From the NCBI GenBank assembly GCA_951406725.2, contig OX597814.1:35278001-35342000 (forward strand): a DNA stretch of 64,000 bases, written 5' to 3'. This stretch comes from Octopus vulgaris (Eukaryota). Made by a program: the position numbers and the translations under genes. Below the pieces are notes generated by a model, which worked only from the letters and a program-made list of their open reading frames with translations, was not told where the DNA came from and made no database searches. Numbering within the stretch: position 1 is the stretch's first letter; the number at the start of each line of letters is the position of its first letter. This document shows, one piece after another, positions 27,851-41,300 of this stretch.

Positions 27851-28404
27851 TGTTTATTGTGAATATACATTTTATAATGCACAGAAGCAAATATCTGTTA
27901 GTAACTAGGAGGAATAACCTACAGTTGGAGAAAATTCAAACTGGTGATCAACTAGTGAATTGTAATACCCCAAAACTACAGGCTGTTGAGATTCTGCATT
28001 CTCCAAAGTTAATTTAAACCTGAACTTGTCTACTATGAAAGGCCACATATATATCATGAAATAGTCATAATAGAGCATTCGTGTCCATTACGTCCAAAGG
28101 TGTAATCGCGTCCTATTGCGCTGAAATTTCATTTTGATGAATGCACAGACACAGTATTATACATGCGATTCGACAAAATTATGTGTACTGTGTTTCAGAG
28201 AAAAATTAGGAATTGAAAATACTATAAACAAGATCAAGACTACGTAGTCGTTTGTGGGTCAAACGTGAGTGTACAAGGATTAAAATTAGCAGGGCGGATA
28301 CCGTGGTAGTTCAGACATATATATTCCAGGTTACGGCTAACCTCATCAGGTAGTAATAAGTGTCAAAGATCGCTTAGTATTAGCAATCACGCTTTATAAT
28401 TGTT

Positions 28405-28442
<38 letters not shown>

Positions 28443-28646
28443 CGGGAAAGTTTACGAAAATAAACAAAAGACGAAGGCAGTTGGAGTACAAACAAACAAA
28501 TGTATTAGTATAGCGCTCAGGAATAGAAATAGAAAAAGTATTTTACGTTTCGAGTCTACGCTCTTCGACAGAAAGATAGACAGAAAAAAACAAGGAGAGA
28601 AACAAGGAGAGAAAGAAATGCGTGTAGGAGCTAACAATCTATCATG
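28443..28646 (-). mobile_element. PLE pLTR-type element next to (TA)n, with a hammerhead variant at 28541-28574
   Basis: Minus strand UUU-CUGUCGA-A-GAG(CGUAGA)CUC-GAAA-CG-U-A-AAA; core has A6->U. Confidence 0.6.
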
Positions 28647-28725
28647 GCTTCCTGACTTCGGACAGTGGTCAGACGCGAGAGGGACAGTAGGGGAGATAAC
28701 AGAGTCAAGTGACATATTTACAAAT

Positions 28726-28764
<39 letters not shown>

Positions 28765-29774
28765 GTGTGTGTATCTATGTATATATTATAGATAGAAAGT
28801 GATAGATAGACAGAGAGAAAGAAAAGAGTGTGAGAGATACAGAGAGAGTCGAATATTCTTCTCCTCTCTTTAAATTTTAAACGCCTATAACATTACACCT
28901 AACCGAAACCTCTTTTATGAGACATGAAATACTTCTGGAAATTAAGAATAAATAATATTATAGTCTTGCAACGTATTGTGTAAGCTACTAATTTCATGAA
29001 TGAAATAAAATATTTATCTATGTACCTAGTTTTTTTTTCTTTTATCTAACTATCGATCGATCAGTTTATAAAATATCTTTATTCCACTGGGTTGCGTTGT
29101 CAAGCGCATCATGACATATTTACAAATCTTATTGACGAAGTATACCTTGCAGCTTTATACACAGTTTACCCGTAGAAGGCAAGTAACAGATACATTCAGT
29201 TTTTCTTTTCTTTTTATCCTTTTGCAAGTGTTAAGCTACTTTATCACAGTTTTCTGCTGATCATACATACTAAGATTGCAGAATTGCAGTAGCATTAGCT
29301 AACTCTCTACCATCTTTAAAGTACTTCACATCTACATTTACCTCCCCTACCAAAAAACCTGGCTGTTTAGCGGAAAACCTTTGTTCATAGAACAACTCGA
29401 CCAATTCTGTGTCTAAGTAATAAATATAGCATTTGAAACTATTCATTTATTTATTGAATTCTTTCACCATTCATAATATGTCCCCCACTTTCAGTAACAC
29501 ACAAGCTATAAGGCACGATCTTTTTCCTCCAAAATGTTATTTTTCTTACAATGGACGATCGAAAATGTTCTAATTCAACATTAACTGCACCAGTATCACA
29601 AGACATGAAAGGCCTTCTCCGCTTTTAACTCAGTCTTCCTCCACTCTCTCGTTATCTCTCCTTTCCTCTCTTTCTCCATCTCCCCCTCTTCTCTGTCTTT
29701 CTCACTCTATACATTTATAAAAAAATATCTACACAAATACACACATATACACACACAGAAAACACACATATATA

Positions 29775-30160
29775 TCTCTCTCTATATAAACGGCAGTTTG
29801 TCTGTGCGTTTTCTGTGTGTCTGTTTTCTCGTACCCTCACTCTGACCACGGCTTTCAACCGATTCTGATGAAACTTGACACACACATAGCCCAATGTCAT
29901 AATTCAAAACTAACGCAGCGAAAATTTTGAAAAGTTCCCCCAGTTCTGAAAAAAATCGATAAATTCGACATGGGGTCGAGAATCAGAAACCCAAACCACA
30001 GACCCTCTAGGGGACGCAACTCCACCTTTTTTAACTCTCAAAAAAAAATTTACCATCATTTTTTTTTCCATTTTTTTGCTATTTTTTGGCTATAACTCTC
30101 TAAAAATGCTTTATAGTTATTTCCCTTACAAACCTGAGCAACGCCGGGCGATACTGCTAG
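29775..30160 (+). mobile_element. Non-autonomous Helitron
   Basis: Starts A|TC (tctctctctatataaa), has a GC-rich subterminal hairpin-like cctgagcaacgccggg, ends CTAG|T; internal aaccgattctgatgaaactt core. Confidence 0.85.
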
Positions 30161-30231
30161 TATGATATATGATTATAAATATATCATATATCTATAACTA
30201 TACACATATACACGTAGGTGTATATATATGC

Positions 30232-30272
<41 letters not shown>

Positions 30273-30290
30273 CATACATACTACATACAT

Positions 30291-30355
<65 letters not shown>

Positions 30356-30364
30356 AAGATTGCC

Positions 30365-30414
30365 TATAATTATGAATAAATCACAATTATAATTGTGATT
30401 TATTCATAATTATA
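30365..30414. repeat. Perfect 50-bp palindrome
   Basis: tataattatgaataaatcacaatta|taattgtgatttattcataattata. Confidence 0.95.
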
Positions 30415-30613
30415 AGCACTTTTCTTTTATATGAATTATTATTACATGTTTGGCCTTTTAGATATTCATAAATAATTATTTATGATACATGTTTCGTAAT
30501 GTATTTATATATATATAGGTATAGGATGTAACGAACGGTGCAAAAATATATATATATATATATATGTGTGTGTATCAAATGAAATAAAATCAAAAACAGG
30601 ACACAAAGGATGT

Positions 30614-30707
30614 CGTGGTACACATGTTTCGAGCTTTATAAAACAACTTATTCTTACATCAATGTATAATCGACATAACAGGTAGTTTAAAGCCCTCTTC
30701 AGCCGCA
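30614..30707 (-). ncRNA. Type I hammerhead ribozyme with extended stem II loop
   Basis: UGCGG-CUGAAGA-GGGCUUUA...UAAAGCUC-GAAA-CA(UG)UG-U-A-CCACG; 8-bp stem II, GUA cleavage triplet, one mismatch in stem I. Confidence 0.6.
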
Positions 30708-30866
30708 TGCAATTGCTACACCAAAGACTTGTATCACATTATGAAAGGTTTGAGAAAGAACATTTGGTATTATTTATAATGGTAGGTAAAGTGAATATCA
30801 CTGAGAAAGTATGTTTTTAAATCTTCATAATCAAATAGGTGTATTGGACTCCAAAACTCCGTCCAT

Positions 30867-31103
30867 ACCTATTTCTTTATTACCCACAAAGGGCTAAACA
30901 TAGAGGGGACAAACAAGGACAGACATAGGTATTAAGTCGATTACATCGACCCCAGTGCGTAACTGGTACTTAATTTATCGACCCCGAAAGGATGAAAGGC
31001 AAAGTCAACCTCGGCGGAATTTGAACTCAGAACGTAACGACAAGCGAAATACCGTTAAGCATTTCGCCCGGCGTGCTAACGTTTCTGCCAGCTCTCCGCC
31101 TTT
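30867..31103 (-). mobile_element. SINE family B with TSD
   Basis: Reverse complement of 61369-61603; TSD aactccgtccat on both sides. Confidence 0.9.
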
Positions 31104-31249
31104 TAACTCCGTCCATCCCGTTTTCTCACTCACATATATCCTCTCACCTCTGCTACTAGCTGGCATTTACAGGTGCTTACATTTATCAAGTATTCACACT
31201 GAATTTATTGTACCTATATATATATATATAGAGTATAATCACACGAATT

Positions 31250-31585
31250 GCTGAGACCCCCTTCGGTCATGACTGACCATGGGATTGCACCTAAAAAGTT
31301 ACCCTCCCAGGTACAAGTCCGGGTAACGTTGTTTATGGAAGACGAGCAGTCGCCCACGCATACCGGCCTCCTCTCTCCACGCCACCAATGTTATCCAAGG
31401 GAAAGGCAAAGGCCGATACAACTTGGCACCTGTGACGGTGCAACTCATTTTTACAGCTGAGTGAACTGGAGCAACGTGAAATAAAGTGTCTTGCACAAGA
31501 ACACAACACGCATCCCGGTCTGAAATTCGAACTCACAACCTCACGATCGTAAGCTCGACGCTCTAACCACTGAACCATGCGCCTT
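31250..31585 (-). mobile_element. tRNA-derived SINE (family D) with TSD
   Basis: Head ggcgcatggttcagtggttagagcgtcgagc...gagttcgaat; TSD cacacgaatt; homologous to 58276-58611. Confidence 0.9.
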
Positions 31586-32424
31586 CACACGAATTATTGA
31601 GGTACTTAATCTAACGTGTTCTTGTACAACAGAAAGTAAAAGACATTCATTGCTTGATTTTGTCTTAGAGAAAACATTCTTGCTATAGAGTTTGTATGTA
31701 AAAAACATCGAGCCATGCTCTATCTGTCTTAACAAACAACTGGAAAAGGAGTTTCGGTGTGATTTCGCGTCCTGAATGCTTCATATGCTTATACAAAATT
31801 AATTTAGTTTCTCAAACCTTAGTTCACACCAGTACATATATTGTTTAGTGTTTCCGATATATAAGAACCAATTGTTCGGCCGTGCTTCAAATGGCCGGGG
31901 CAGGGTCTACGACTGAGAAAACGAAATAACAATATAATGCAGTGTATAATAAGTACTCCACTGACGTCATTTGGCGTTCGCTTCTGTCGTCAATGATAAA
32001 TTCTGTATGAGACAAATCTTGCAGCGAATCTTATTTTGATCCTCTGTGCTTGGTGTGCTTATACTAAGTGCATTACAGCCTACTACCCTCAACGTACACA
32101 TCACCAGACATGACGTTTGCAGTTTACTATGCTTGGAAACAATGATTCTGTCATGGCGTCAAATGACTGAAGCTGTGTATAAAACTGAGTTCGTATAACA
32201 TCACGCTGAAACTCTGTCTGATTGTTCGTAAAAAAGTCTAAGGACAACACTATTTGACGTTAGAGTATTCCCTCTGTCTATATCGGTTTCATATTCCCTT
32301 TCTCTATTTTTCATTCATTTGCTATCTCTCTTCTACTTATTCACTCACTCAGTATAACAAATATGTCTTGTAAAATTCATACATACATATATACATACAT
32401 GCATGCATGCATACATACATACAT

Positions 32425-32982
32425 GGTGGCTGCCCCCTCGTTATCGAGTATGGCCATTGCACAAAGCTTAATCAATGTTGTTATCGTGCAATGCCTGTGC
32501 CAGAAGATTTTTTTTTAAGTGGTGAAAGGCTGTGCACTGAGTCAATCCCACTCACTAAGCAACAGCAGCCATAATCCGAAAAGAAGAACAAGTCAACATC
32601 ATCGGTAACCACTGAGCCGCAGGTTTTATATCGGAGTTATCCCAGTTACCTGAGTTACCTTCTCCTAGAAGGATGCCCTAACAAAGGCTAGGAGTCCTTC
32701 ACTCCCAATGGTTTAACCGCGCGATTGGGTATTCAGTCCGATTATTTCTATGTCCCCGCGCATGATCCAGCCTTCAGACATTTATTGGATGGCCGTTGAC
32801 TCTCAAGAGTTCCTCCGCCCTTTGACGTGTTTTGTTTTTCATCCCGCAGGGTGTCCAATAAACACCCTCCTCACCAAGCAAGCTTGGTGGGGTTGCCGGT
32901 TTAGTCGCCGACGACCCGACCATGCAACAGGTTGTACTGGGTTACATGTTACCAGTAGCACTCAAAAGTGACCTGACACTAT
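32425..32982 (-). mobile_element. Non-coding RTE-derived non-autonomous retroelement inserted in (TACA)n
   Basis: Minus strand carries RTE 5'-UTR-like blocks (gcctttgttagggcatccttctaggagaagg...; aaagggcggaggaactcttgagagtcaacggccatcc); related decayed copy at about 52125-52510. Confidence 0.6.
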
Positions 32983-33486
32983 ACATACATACATAACTGA
33001 AAAAGAGAATATTCACGCTGAACTGTAGAGAAATCTGCTGTTACACTATCCAGATTAGAAGTTCAGGTATATACCTGTAATTATTGGGGCACCGGGATAT
33101 GTAACACACCGCCTAAATATCAATCTTGAGAAATTAGGCTTCTCAAATACAGAAAGGAGAACGTTAATTCGAATACAGATCCAATTTAAAATCTGTAAAA
33201 ATCTGTAAAACTTTGCAGAAGTTTATCGTTTAGATATATATGAGCATGTTTAGATATGCAACTAAATGCATGGGAATACATATATAAAGCAAAACATATA
33301 AATCTGCACATATACATACGTACATATATACATACATGCATACATACAAAAATAACCTGTTGTTGATGTTGAAATCCTAATGAAGGAGCTCTGAATCTAG
33401 GTTAGAAACTGGCTCTTTCTCAATTGGCAAGACATCTTGAGATAAAACTAAACAATGACATATATACATACATACATATATACATA

Positions 33487-33783
33487 CTGGCACTCCGTCG
33501 ATTACAACAAGGAATGTTCCACTTGATACGATCGAAACGTAGAAGTGGCGGAGCCTCCACAGATACGAGTAACCTTAACATTGTTGTCAAGAAGATTCAG
33601 CGTGACACAGAATGTGATAGGGATGACCCTTTGAAATACAGATACTACTCATTTTTGCTTCCTAAATAGACTGGTGGAAAGTGAAATAAAATGTCTTGTT
33701 CGAGGACAGAATGTGCCTTCGGGTATTGAACTCATGATCTTAGAGGTGTGAGCCGAATACGTTAACCACTAAGCTATGCGCCT
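33487..33783 (-). mobile_element. Diverged SINE (family D-like head, family C tail)
   Basis: ggcactccgtcgattac... tail matches 25151 onward; tRNA-like head at 33700-33783. Confidence 0.7.
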
Positions 33784-33828
<45 letters not shown>

Positions 33829-34968
33829 TGCGCGCGCGCTCATGTATATTTGAGAAGGAATTGGCTTTTGTTTCGAGAGATAGGCTGCAAAAGTTTTGTG
33901 TGAAAACAATAAATGAATTTCTCTAAGCAGCTGCGTGTTTCTAAATTCACAAATAGCGAAAATATGTCTTCCAAACGTATCTGTAAAGACAGAGACACCG
34001 AAAGTCGAAAACTGATGCTGATTATATAATTTGATTAAGCAATTATTTAATATATAATAAAACAGAGTGAAAATTTCAATTAACAATATTAATATGACCG
34101 TATTCTAATGTGATCTTCTAGTGCTGTTTGTCTTTTCTTATTTGTTATTTTGTAATTTATCACAGAAAATACACAACCCATCAATAAAATAAATGTAGCT
34201 TCATATTCAAAAAAGAAAATTTATATCTCTCTTTCGACAGTCAAAAATATGTCAATTTCAAAATTGAATTAATGAAGATTAGAATACCTCATTAATATAA
34301 TTCTTCTTGCTAAACTCATCTAGAAATAATACATTATCTGACACTGCCAATCATTAAACTTGCAACTGAAGTTTAATTTGAGCCATCTACTATAAAACAA
34401 TATATAATCATTTCATGTACAGACATAACGCAGCAGAATTTTTCCTCTTCGTTTTGTATTTGGCGGAATAAAGCGTTACACTCAACATATTACAGTTTCT
34501 GACAAACGTTTCAGGGAATATAAAATAACCACAATTTAGAACATTAAGGATGTACCTAAATAACATGAGGCTGTATATCTGAAGAATGAGAAGCCAAGAT
34601 AACCGTACTTGGTTTTCAACACTGAGTGTAAATACTAATATCAATAATATAATTCCTATAGTATCACAATGATCCAACTAGGAAAATAATACGGTACACC
34701 AAAGTGTTCACAAATCGGGAGGGAGTATATACACACACGCACACACACGTGCGCGCATGCACATACACGGAGAACAAATATTTTAGTCAATACTGTATCG
34801 AATATACACGTGTTTGAACAAAGTATAGTAATAACTGCATAACAATTGTAGAAACATTATGCAATATTGCACCTCACAACATCATTTTTCCGCCGTAAAT
34901 ACGACGAGAGATATCGAAATCTCCTTATATATGTATATATACATGTGTGTGCGCGCGCGTGTGTGTGT

Positions 34969-35006
<38 letters not shown>

Positions 35007-35284
35007 GTGTGTATGTGTGTGCGCGTGTGTGTGTATACTTTTCCCACTGTGCAAATTCTTAGCTACTTCACATGACGCACAATAAAGCAGAGGGCAGAAA
35101 AAAGACTATCGTGGGTGTACAAGGCCATGCCTCTCTCAAAACTAAGTAGAAATGATAAGAAAAATATTAATAACAACAATAAGAAGAACTATGTCAATAC
35201 TAATAGAAGAGACTTATCCCTACTTGGATCATAATTTAAGAGGAACAGCCTATAGTTGGTTGTCAGGTTAAAATGCAATGTAAC

Positions 35285-36945
35285 TAACTTCCTTTAGACC
35301 TAGGCAAAGTAGACATTTTTTTAGGGATGGGATAACCACAACAGGCATTCCATTCATTTCCCAGCTCAATGTTTGGGTCAAGGCATAGAACGCAACCTCC
35401 GATATCAGCAGCAGGACCCGACTGCATATGCTGGTTTACCCCCGCCATATCATGCTGGTTGCGTACTCCTTTGAGCAACATCAGTTTACTCACCCGTTCC
35501 GAAACACTCTCTAAGCTTTCCTATCATTTATAAACCCTCCTGTCGCTCTCACCCAGGCACTTCTATCCACGAAAGCTTTCCTCACTCAATCCATCCACAC
35601 AAACCTAGGTCTGCCTCTGGCTGTGCTGCCTGCCACTTCTGCCTTCATCACCCTCCTCACCATGCGCTCCTCATCCTTCTTCTCCATGTGGCCAAAGCAC
35701 ATCAACTGCATTCTGGTTGTTAGATTTTCTCTCATTCCTGCTCGTCTTCGCACCTCCTCATTCCTCATCCTGTCCATCCGTGTCACACCAACCATTGACC
35801 TCAGACATCTCATCTCAAACACATCTAGCCGCCTCTTCTCTGCCTCTCTCAGATCCCATGTCTCTGCATCATATAACAATGTCGGCACAATCACACCCTC
35901 ATACAGACCTCTTTTCGCTTTCATACTCAACCTTTTATCTCTCAGTATACCTTTCATAATTTCAAGTATCTTACACCCCTCCCTCACTCTGTATCCCACT
36001 TCTTCAGCCAGCTCCCCCTCCAGCCACTGTCGCATGTGATCTCAGATACTTAAAAATACACACCTCCTCTAACATCTCACCATTTATACTCGCATTCACC
36101 TGACCAGTCTTTCCAGCTCTCGAAATCCCATCACTTTACTCTTAGCTACATTTACTTTCAGCTTACTCCTCTCACACACTCCTTCAAACTCTATCTATCA
36201 CCAGTCTCCTCAGTTGCTCTTCCGAATCCGCCACCAGAGCTGTATCATCAGCAAACAACAACTGATTCGCTTGCCATTTCTCTCCATTTTCTCCCACCAT
36301 TTAGGCTCCCTTACCAAGGGTTCTAGCATTTACCTCTCTCACCACACCATCCATATATAGATTAAACAGCCACGGAGACATTACACAACCCTGTCTTAAC
36401 CCCCACCTTCAAATCAAACCGCTTAATTACTTCACCACCCACCCTAATGCACGATCTACTTTCTCTATAAAGACTCTGTACAACTCTCAACAATCTACCA
36501 TCCACTCCATACAACCGCAACAACCTGCCATATTGCATCCCTAACCACACGGTCATATGCCTTCTCTAGGCCCAATATACATCCCTCCCTTTTACCAAAA
36601 CCTTCTCACACATCTGCCTTATCACATACAAATATCTGATCTGCACACTCCCTTCCACTCCTTAAACCGCACTGTTTCTCCCCTAGTACACTCTCTGCTT
36701 GGCTCCTCATCCTTGCAATGAGGATTCTCCCATACAGTTTACCAATCACACACAACGGACTTATATCCCTAAAATTTCGACACTCGCATTTATCCCCTTT
36801 CCCCTTGTAAAGTGATGCTATTCAGGCACCGCACCAGTCCTTTGGTACTCCTTTAGTCATGTAACAAACAATCATAAGCCTCACTAACCATTCAATCACT
36901 GTCACTCCTCCTTCTTTCCCTAGGCATTCCACTGTACATCCATCT
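35285..36945 (-). mobile_element. 5'-truncated RTE/RTE-X-like LINE
   Basis: ORF 35586-36035 (PTLLYDAETW..EKRRLDVFEMRCLR...GRPR..W); upstream QLLFADDTAL and NFRDISP/QCGLRSG motifs. Confidence 0.9.
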
Positions 36946-36999
36946 ATACACTCACACATATACACACATATATAGCTACGACAACAACACCATCAGCAA

Positions 37000-38330
37000 G
37001 AAATAAAAATAGGAGTATCACAATTACATCCCCCTTCTGGAAACAATAGTTTTGCATAGGATATAGCCAACTTCCGAAAATTCTAGAAGTAAATTACGTA
37101 AACATAACTTTAAATATTAAACTTGCTGCAAAGTATCACATTAACACTCTTCCAAACAGCATCTTTGGAGCAGATATCAATATATAAAACACATTCTAAT
37201 ACAAAAACAATACCCATAGCATAAGAGGATGCAAAATTAAAGCAGCTAATACACTCTTAACTCAACAAGATAACTGAAACGTCTCACCAGAAATCGTATT
37301 CTGCACTATATACCAAGCCACAATAATCACATGGTAAACAAGATTCCAGCTCTAAGGTTAGCATAATCTATTTACACTGACTCGTAGATAAGCATTCATA
37401 TATGCAACACACTAATAATAGAGTCGTCCGGAAATCATCGTGCAAAAGAAAAAAATTGAAACCTAATTGCACAATCAGAATATCCATTTGGGGACACAAC
37501 ACACCATCTGCAAACACTAAGGAAATAAAACTGAGCTCCAAGCAACTCGCCAGAGCAATAACAAAGAATATAAACCAAAGAAAAGAAAAACATTCGCGAA
37601 CATTTCTTCCAACATAAATCCCTAAAACCGTTGAACATTATACACAATAATTGGTAGCAACAACAAACATAAGCCTCTTGACACTACATTCTACAATAAC
37701 AATTTTAAATAACATACCGAAACTATAACAGCAAACATGTTCCCTTATCAAATATCTTTTTTTCGAAAACCAGTCAGCAAGGACTGCACAAAGAAGAAAT
37801 GAAAACTACAGGACACATGCTTTCCCTCTAGGTAATAATCACGGCATCTTCCTTTCATCAGCCACCAAAATAGCTATAGGAAAATTCCGAAATGAAAAGC
37901 CTTTTGGACATGACAAAATAACAAATATACATCTAAAATACTTTGGGATTGAAAGAATTATTGCACCTGCCAACATCTTCAATTTCCCACAACAAAGCTA
38001 AATTGTCAGAATGTTGCAACAAGAAAACATCATCACAATTGTAAAACGCCATAAAATCCAAACGGAGCAACATCACGCAAGGACATCGTCCTCCCATTCT
38101 AACTTTAGAAATCCCTACAACTTATCCCATACATTACCAATTCCTGCATTCTTCTCTCCTTTTCACAATAAGAATTCAGACCATTACAGTCAACTATCAC
38201 ATATCTTAAAAACCTTACCAAAAATACACAGTAACTGCAATAATATGCATACACTATCTTACTATTGTCTTTGATAAAATTTTCGATTCTGTTCACTAAT
38301 ATCTACTAACAAATTACTCTACACCTTGTG
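37000..38330 (+). pseudogene. Decayed Jockey/I-superclade LINE relic
   Basis: IAIGKFRNEKPFGHDKITNIHLKY resembles the SKAPGPD.I..LHLK motif; later Y..LS.I.KTL and K.FDSV. Confidence 0.5.
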
Positions 38331-41300
38331 AAAGACAAGAATTGCAAATTCTCGATTTCTGTTTTTTATAAAAGAGATCGTTTGGTCAATTAACCAAACA
38401 CTTTTATTTTTTAAAAAATCGAGAGTTTACAATTTCTCAAATGAGTTAGAACGAAGATTCTTCTAATGCACACTTTTAACCTATATGCTTTACCACAAAA
38501 TAACATATGAGAGAAAGAGAAGGAAAATGTAATTCACGAGATTCTTTATTAATCACTATCATCGTTTCGACCCTTCGTGCATCGGTCCCTCGCGGATTAA
38601 ATGATGTACAAATAGTTGTGGTGCATAATTTGGTGCTGATGTACCTCGTCTGAAGACTTGTCAAAAGGTACCTCGTTTTTTAATCTCTGTTTCGTTTATT
38701 TTGATTACAATACATTTTGATAGTTGTCTGTAGCTACTCGCATACTCACGAAAACGTCAGTTAAAATGAAGAAAACTCATTTTATATGTAATAAATTGAC
38801 TTACAAAGAATAAAAATATCTGCACAAGATATATACACAAACTCACATGCAAATAACTTGGCACTCACACACTTCCGTTCCTCCTAGACGCGGCTGCATA
38901 ACTTTTCCGGCTCTACATTCATCCTATAGAATGTTGGTTCCAAAGCAGCATTCACCAAATAATCTACTGCCCCTGGTGCTTATTAGTAACACCAGAGGTC
39001 GTCAAAAACACTCAGGCATGACATTTAACAACATAAAAATACAGAGTTAACGAGTGACTCTCAGTAATGTCACTCAGTATCTATAAATAACTACCAAATG
39101 TCGCTTAAAACATACCATGCCGTCTTATATAAGAACAGGATATATTGGGTAGTGTAGGCCTATATATTCCTAAAACGATGGGGGATAATTTCCGTTGGAT
39201 TGCCTTTGATCATAGGCTGATTGTTCAGAGGCTACATAATAACTACATAAACATATTACACACTCACGGTAGTAGATATTGAATCATATACAAAATCTCT
39301 ATAACATTTAGGGAACACATAAAGTAAACGAAATGATACACAGAATGTATATATCGCATATGCGGAAGGAAGTATAGAGAGAAAAGAATGAAAGCAGTAG
39401 TTTACAAAAGGTATATAGATTCAATATTGAATATACTGATTATGCTTGGGCCTCTAATCTCTTAACAAGCTGAATATACTACGAAAACTACGGCATCAAA
39501 AGTTTTATGCAGTCTTTAAATGTCTTACAAATAACAACCAGATATCCTTTAAATCATACCCTACCATCGAATGAAAGAAAGAAGATATCCAATTGAGGAT
39601 GTAATTTTAGATATAGGATTTCAATAGTAACCAATTGGCTGATAGAATTCCTTTCATAATTGATCTGCTCAATGAAGCCTAGTTTTTACTAGACAACAAC
39701 TATAGGAACACAAAACAGCGCACGTACTATTATCCTCATCAAAAGTAGCATATACACTACTAGCACATAATAATAAAAATACTAAAACTGAAATCACACC
39801 TGGATATGCAAAGTATACAATTTGTCGCCTAACTCTCAATATGCTATTATATGGTCAATGATTCCAGAGTACTATTACATTATCCTAAAGGCACTATCAT
39901 TGCCACAAAGGTAAAATATAAATAATAACAGCATCAATAGCATCATTTTTCACAAGACGCAAGAACTGAGTTGTCGCCGGTGCTGTTATTGCTGCTACTG
40001 CCTAGGCTGGATGCAGCTTGCCCAGTTCCATTGAAGAAAGTACAGATGTACGAAAATTCACTGGATAATAGAGAGAGCACAACATTCCTGCCTTCTCTGT
40101 TGCTATGGGCAGTATGGTGTCCCTTAGGAAGATGCATGTTATATCCAGATAAAAAAATGTGCGAATCGCAGCTGCTCGATTAATCAACAAGCTATATAAT
40201 ATAGATATAGGTCTTCTGAAACTGAGCTGATGTCGTACTAGCCAATAATAGCAGCATCGCAATTGACATCAGCATAATCATTGTCAGCGTCGTTATCAAT
40301 TTTTCCTTTGTTTTCACGTCTCTCGGCAGATTTTAACCTACAACTGTCTCCTGTTTTTGTCATTAATTCTAAAGTTTCTATGGCTTATTAAAGGCCCGTA
40401 TTGTTTTTGTATCACGTCCGTCATTCTACACTTCCTTCTATACATGGATCTCTTTGTCACGTACGTAACAATTCTTAAATGAAATCACAGTTTAAAGATT
40501 CATTAGGAAACTTTTCGAAAGATTTGAAACCATAATAAAATATTTTATCTTGGGCATTAAATATTGAGGCATCAAAATTAAAGAAAAAAGGAAAACAATG
40601 CAGCTCAAGATCTGGCGCAGCTTAATCAGTTTAGGTAAGAGCTAATTATTTCATTAAGTTTTAGGAAGACATCTGCTTTCAGATTTCCTACTTCTCTGTT
40701 AGGTTAGATATAGTGTTATCAGGTAGGCATAAAGCCTACTTTAAAATGGTTTAAAATGATTCAAAAAGATTTTTTCAGATTAAAAATATATTGTGATTCA
40801 AGTAGTGTTATGCACAGTTGAAGAAAATTCATACATAAACTAGAACGCAATGACAGAAGTCATACAACAGCTCTGTAGACATACGACAGCACATCATAAA
40901 AGTGCTTATAGATGTGATTACTTACAAAGGGATTATGCTGTTTCAGTTTTATCCTTTACTTAATACCACAGCTTTACACATAACTAGTGTTATACTGGTT
41001 GAGATATATAATATATCATACTTTAACACGCCTAAATAAAATACACTCTCGTTTTGATGTTTACTTGTGTAGTTCCTAGTTATGTCTGTTCAGTTACATA
41101 ACCTTTAAGGTAGTACTTGCAACAGGAAATGACACTTTTTACAAAGTTCATCAATAAAAACAAAAAATATCTAGAAGTATTCGAAGCATTCTCTACAATT
41201 GTGTTTCTATTCCTTAAGTTTATAGCAGTAAATTTCGACAGTTTTCACTAACTAATTGCTATATACTCAAATTTAAATTTATGAAAGCCAACAATCTGTG

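Noticed and set aside
30955-31254. Recurrent 'MRNWYLIYRPRKDERQSRPRRNLNS' ORFs (also 51107, 61289)
   Set aside because: Antisense reading of SINE family B, not a gene family.
34609-34677. Possible minus-strand exon LDHCDTIGIILLILVFTLSVENQ
   Set aside because: Acceptor is plausible but the donor (gtacgg) is weak, and hydrophobic runs are expected in AT-rich DNA.
39943-40262. Overlapping short ORFs in a slightly GC-richer patch
   Set aside because: No recognisable domain or clear splice signals.
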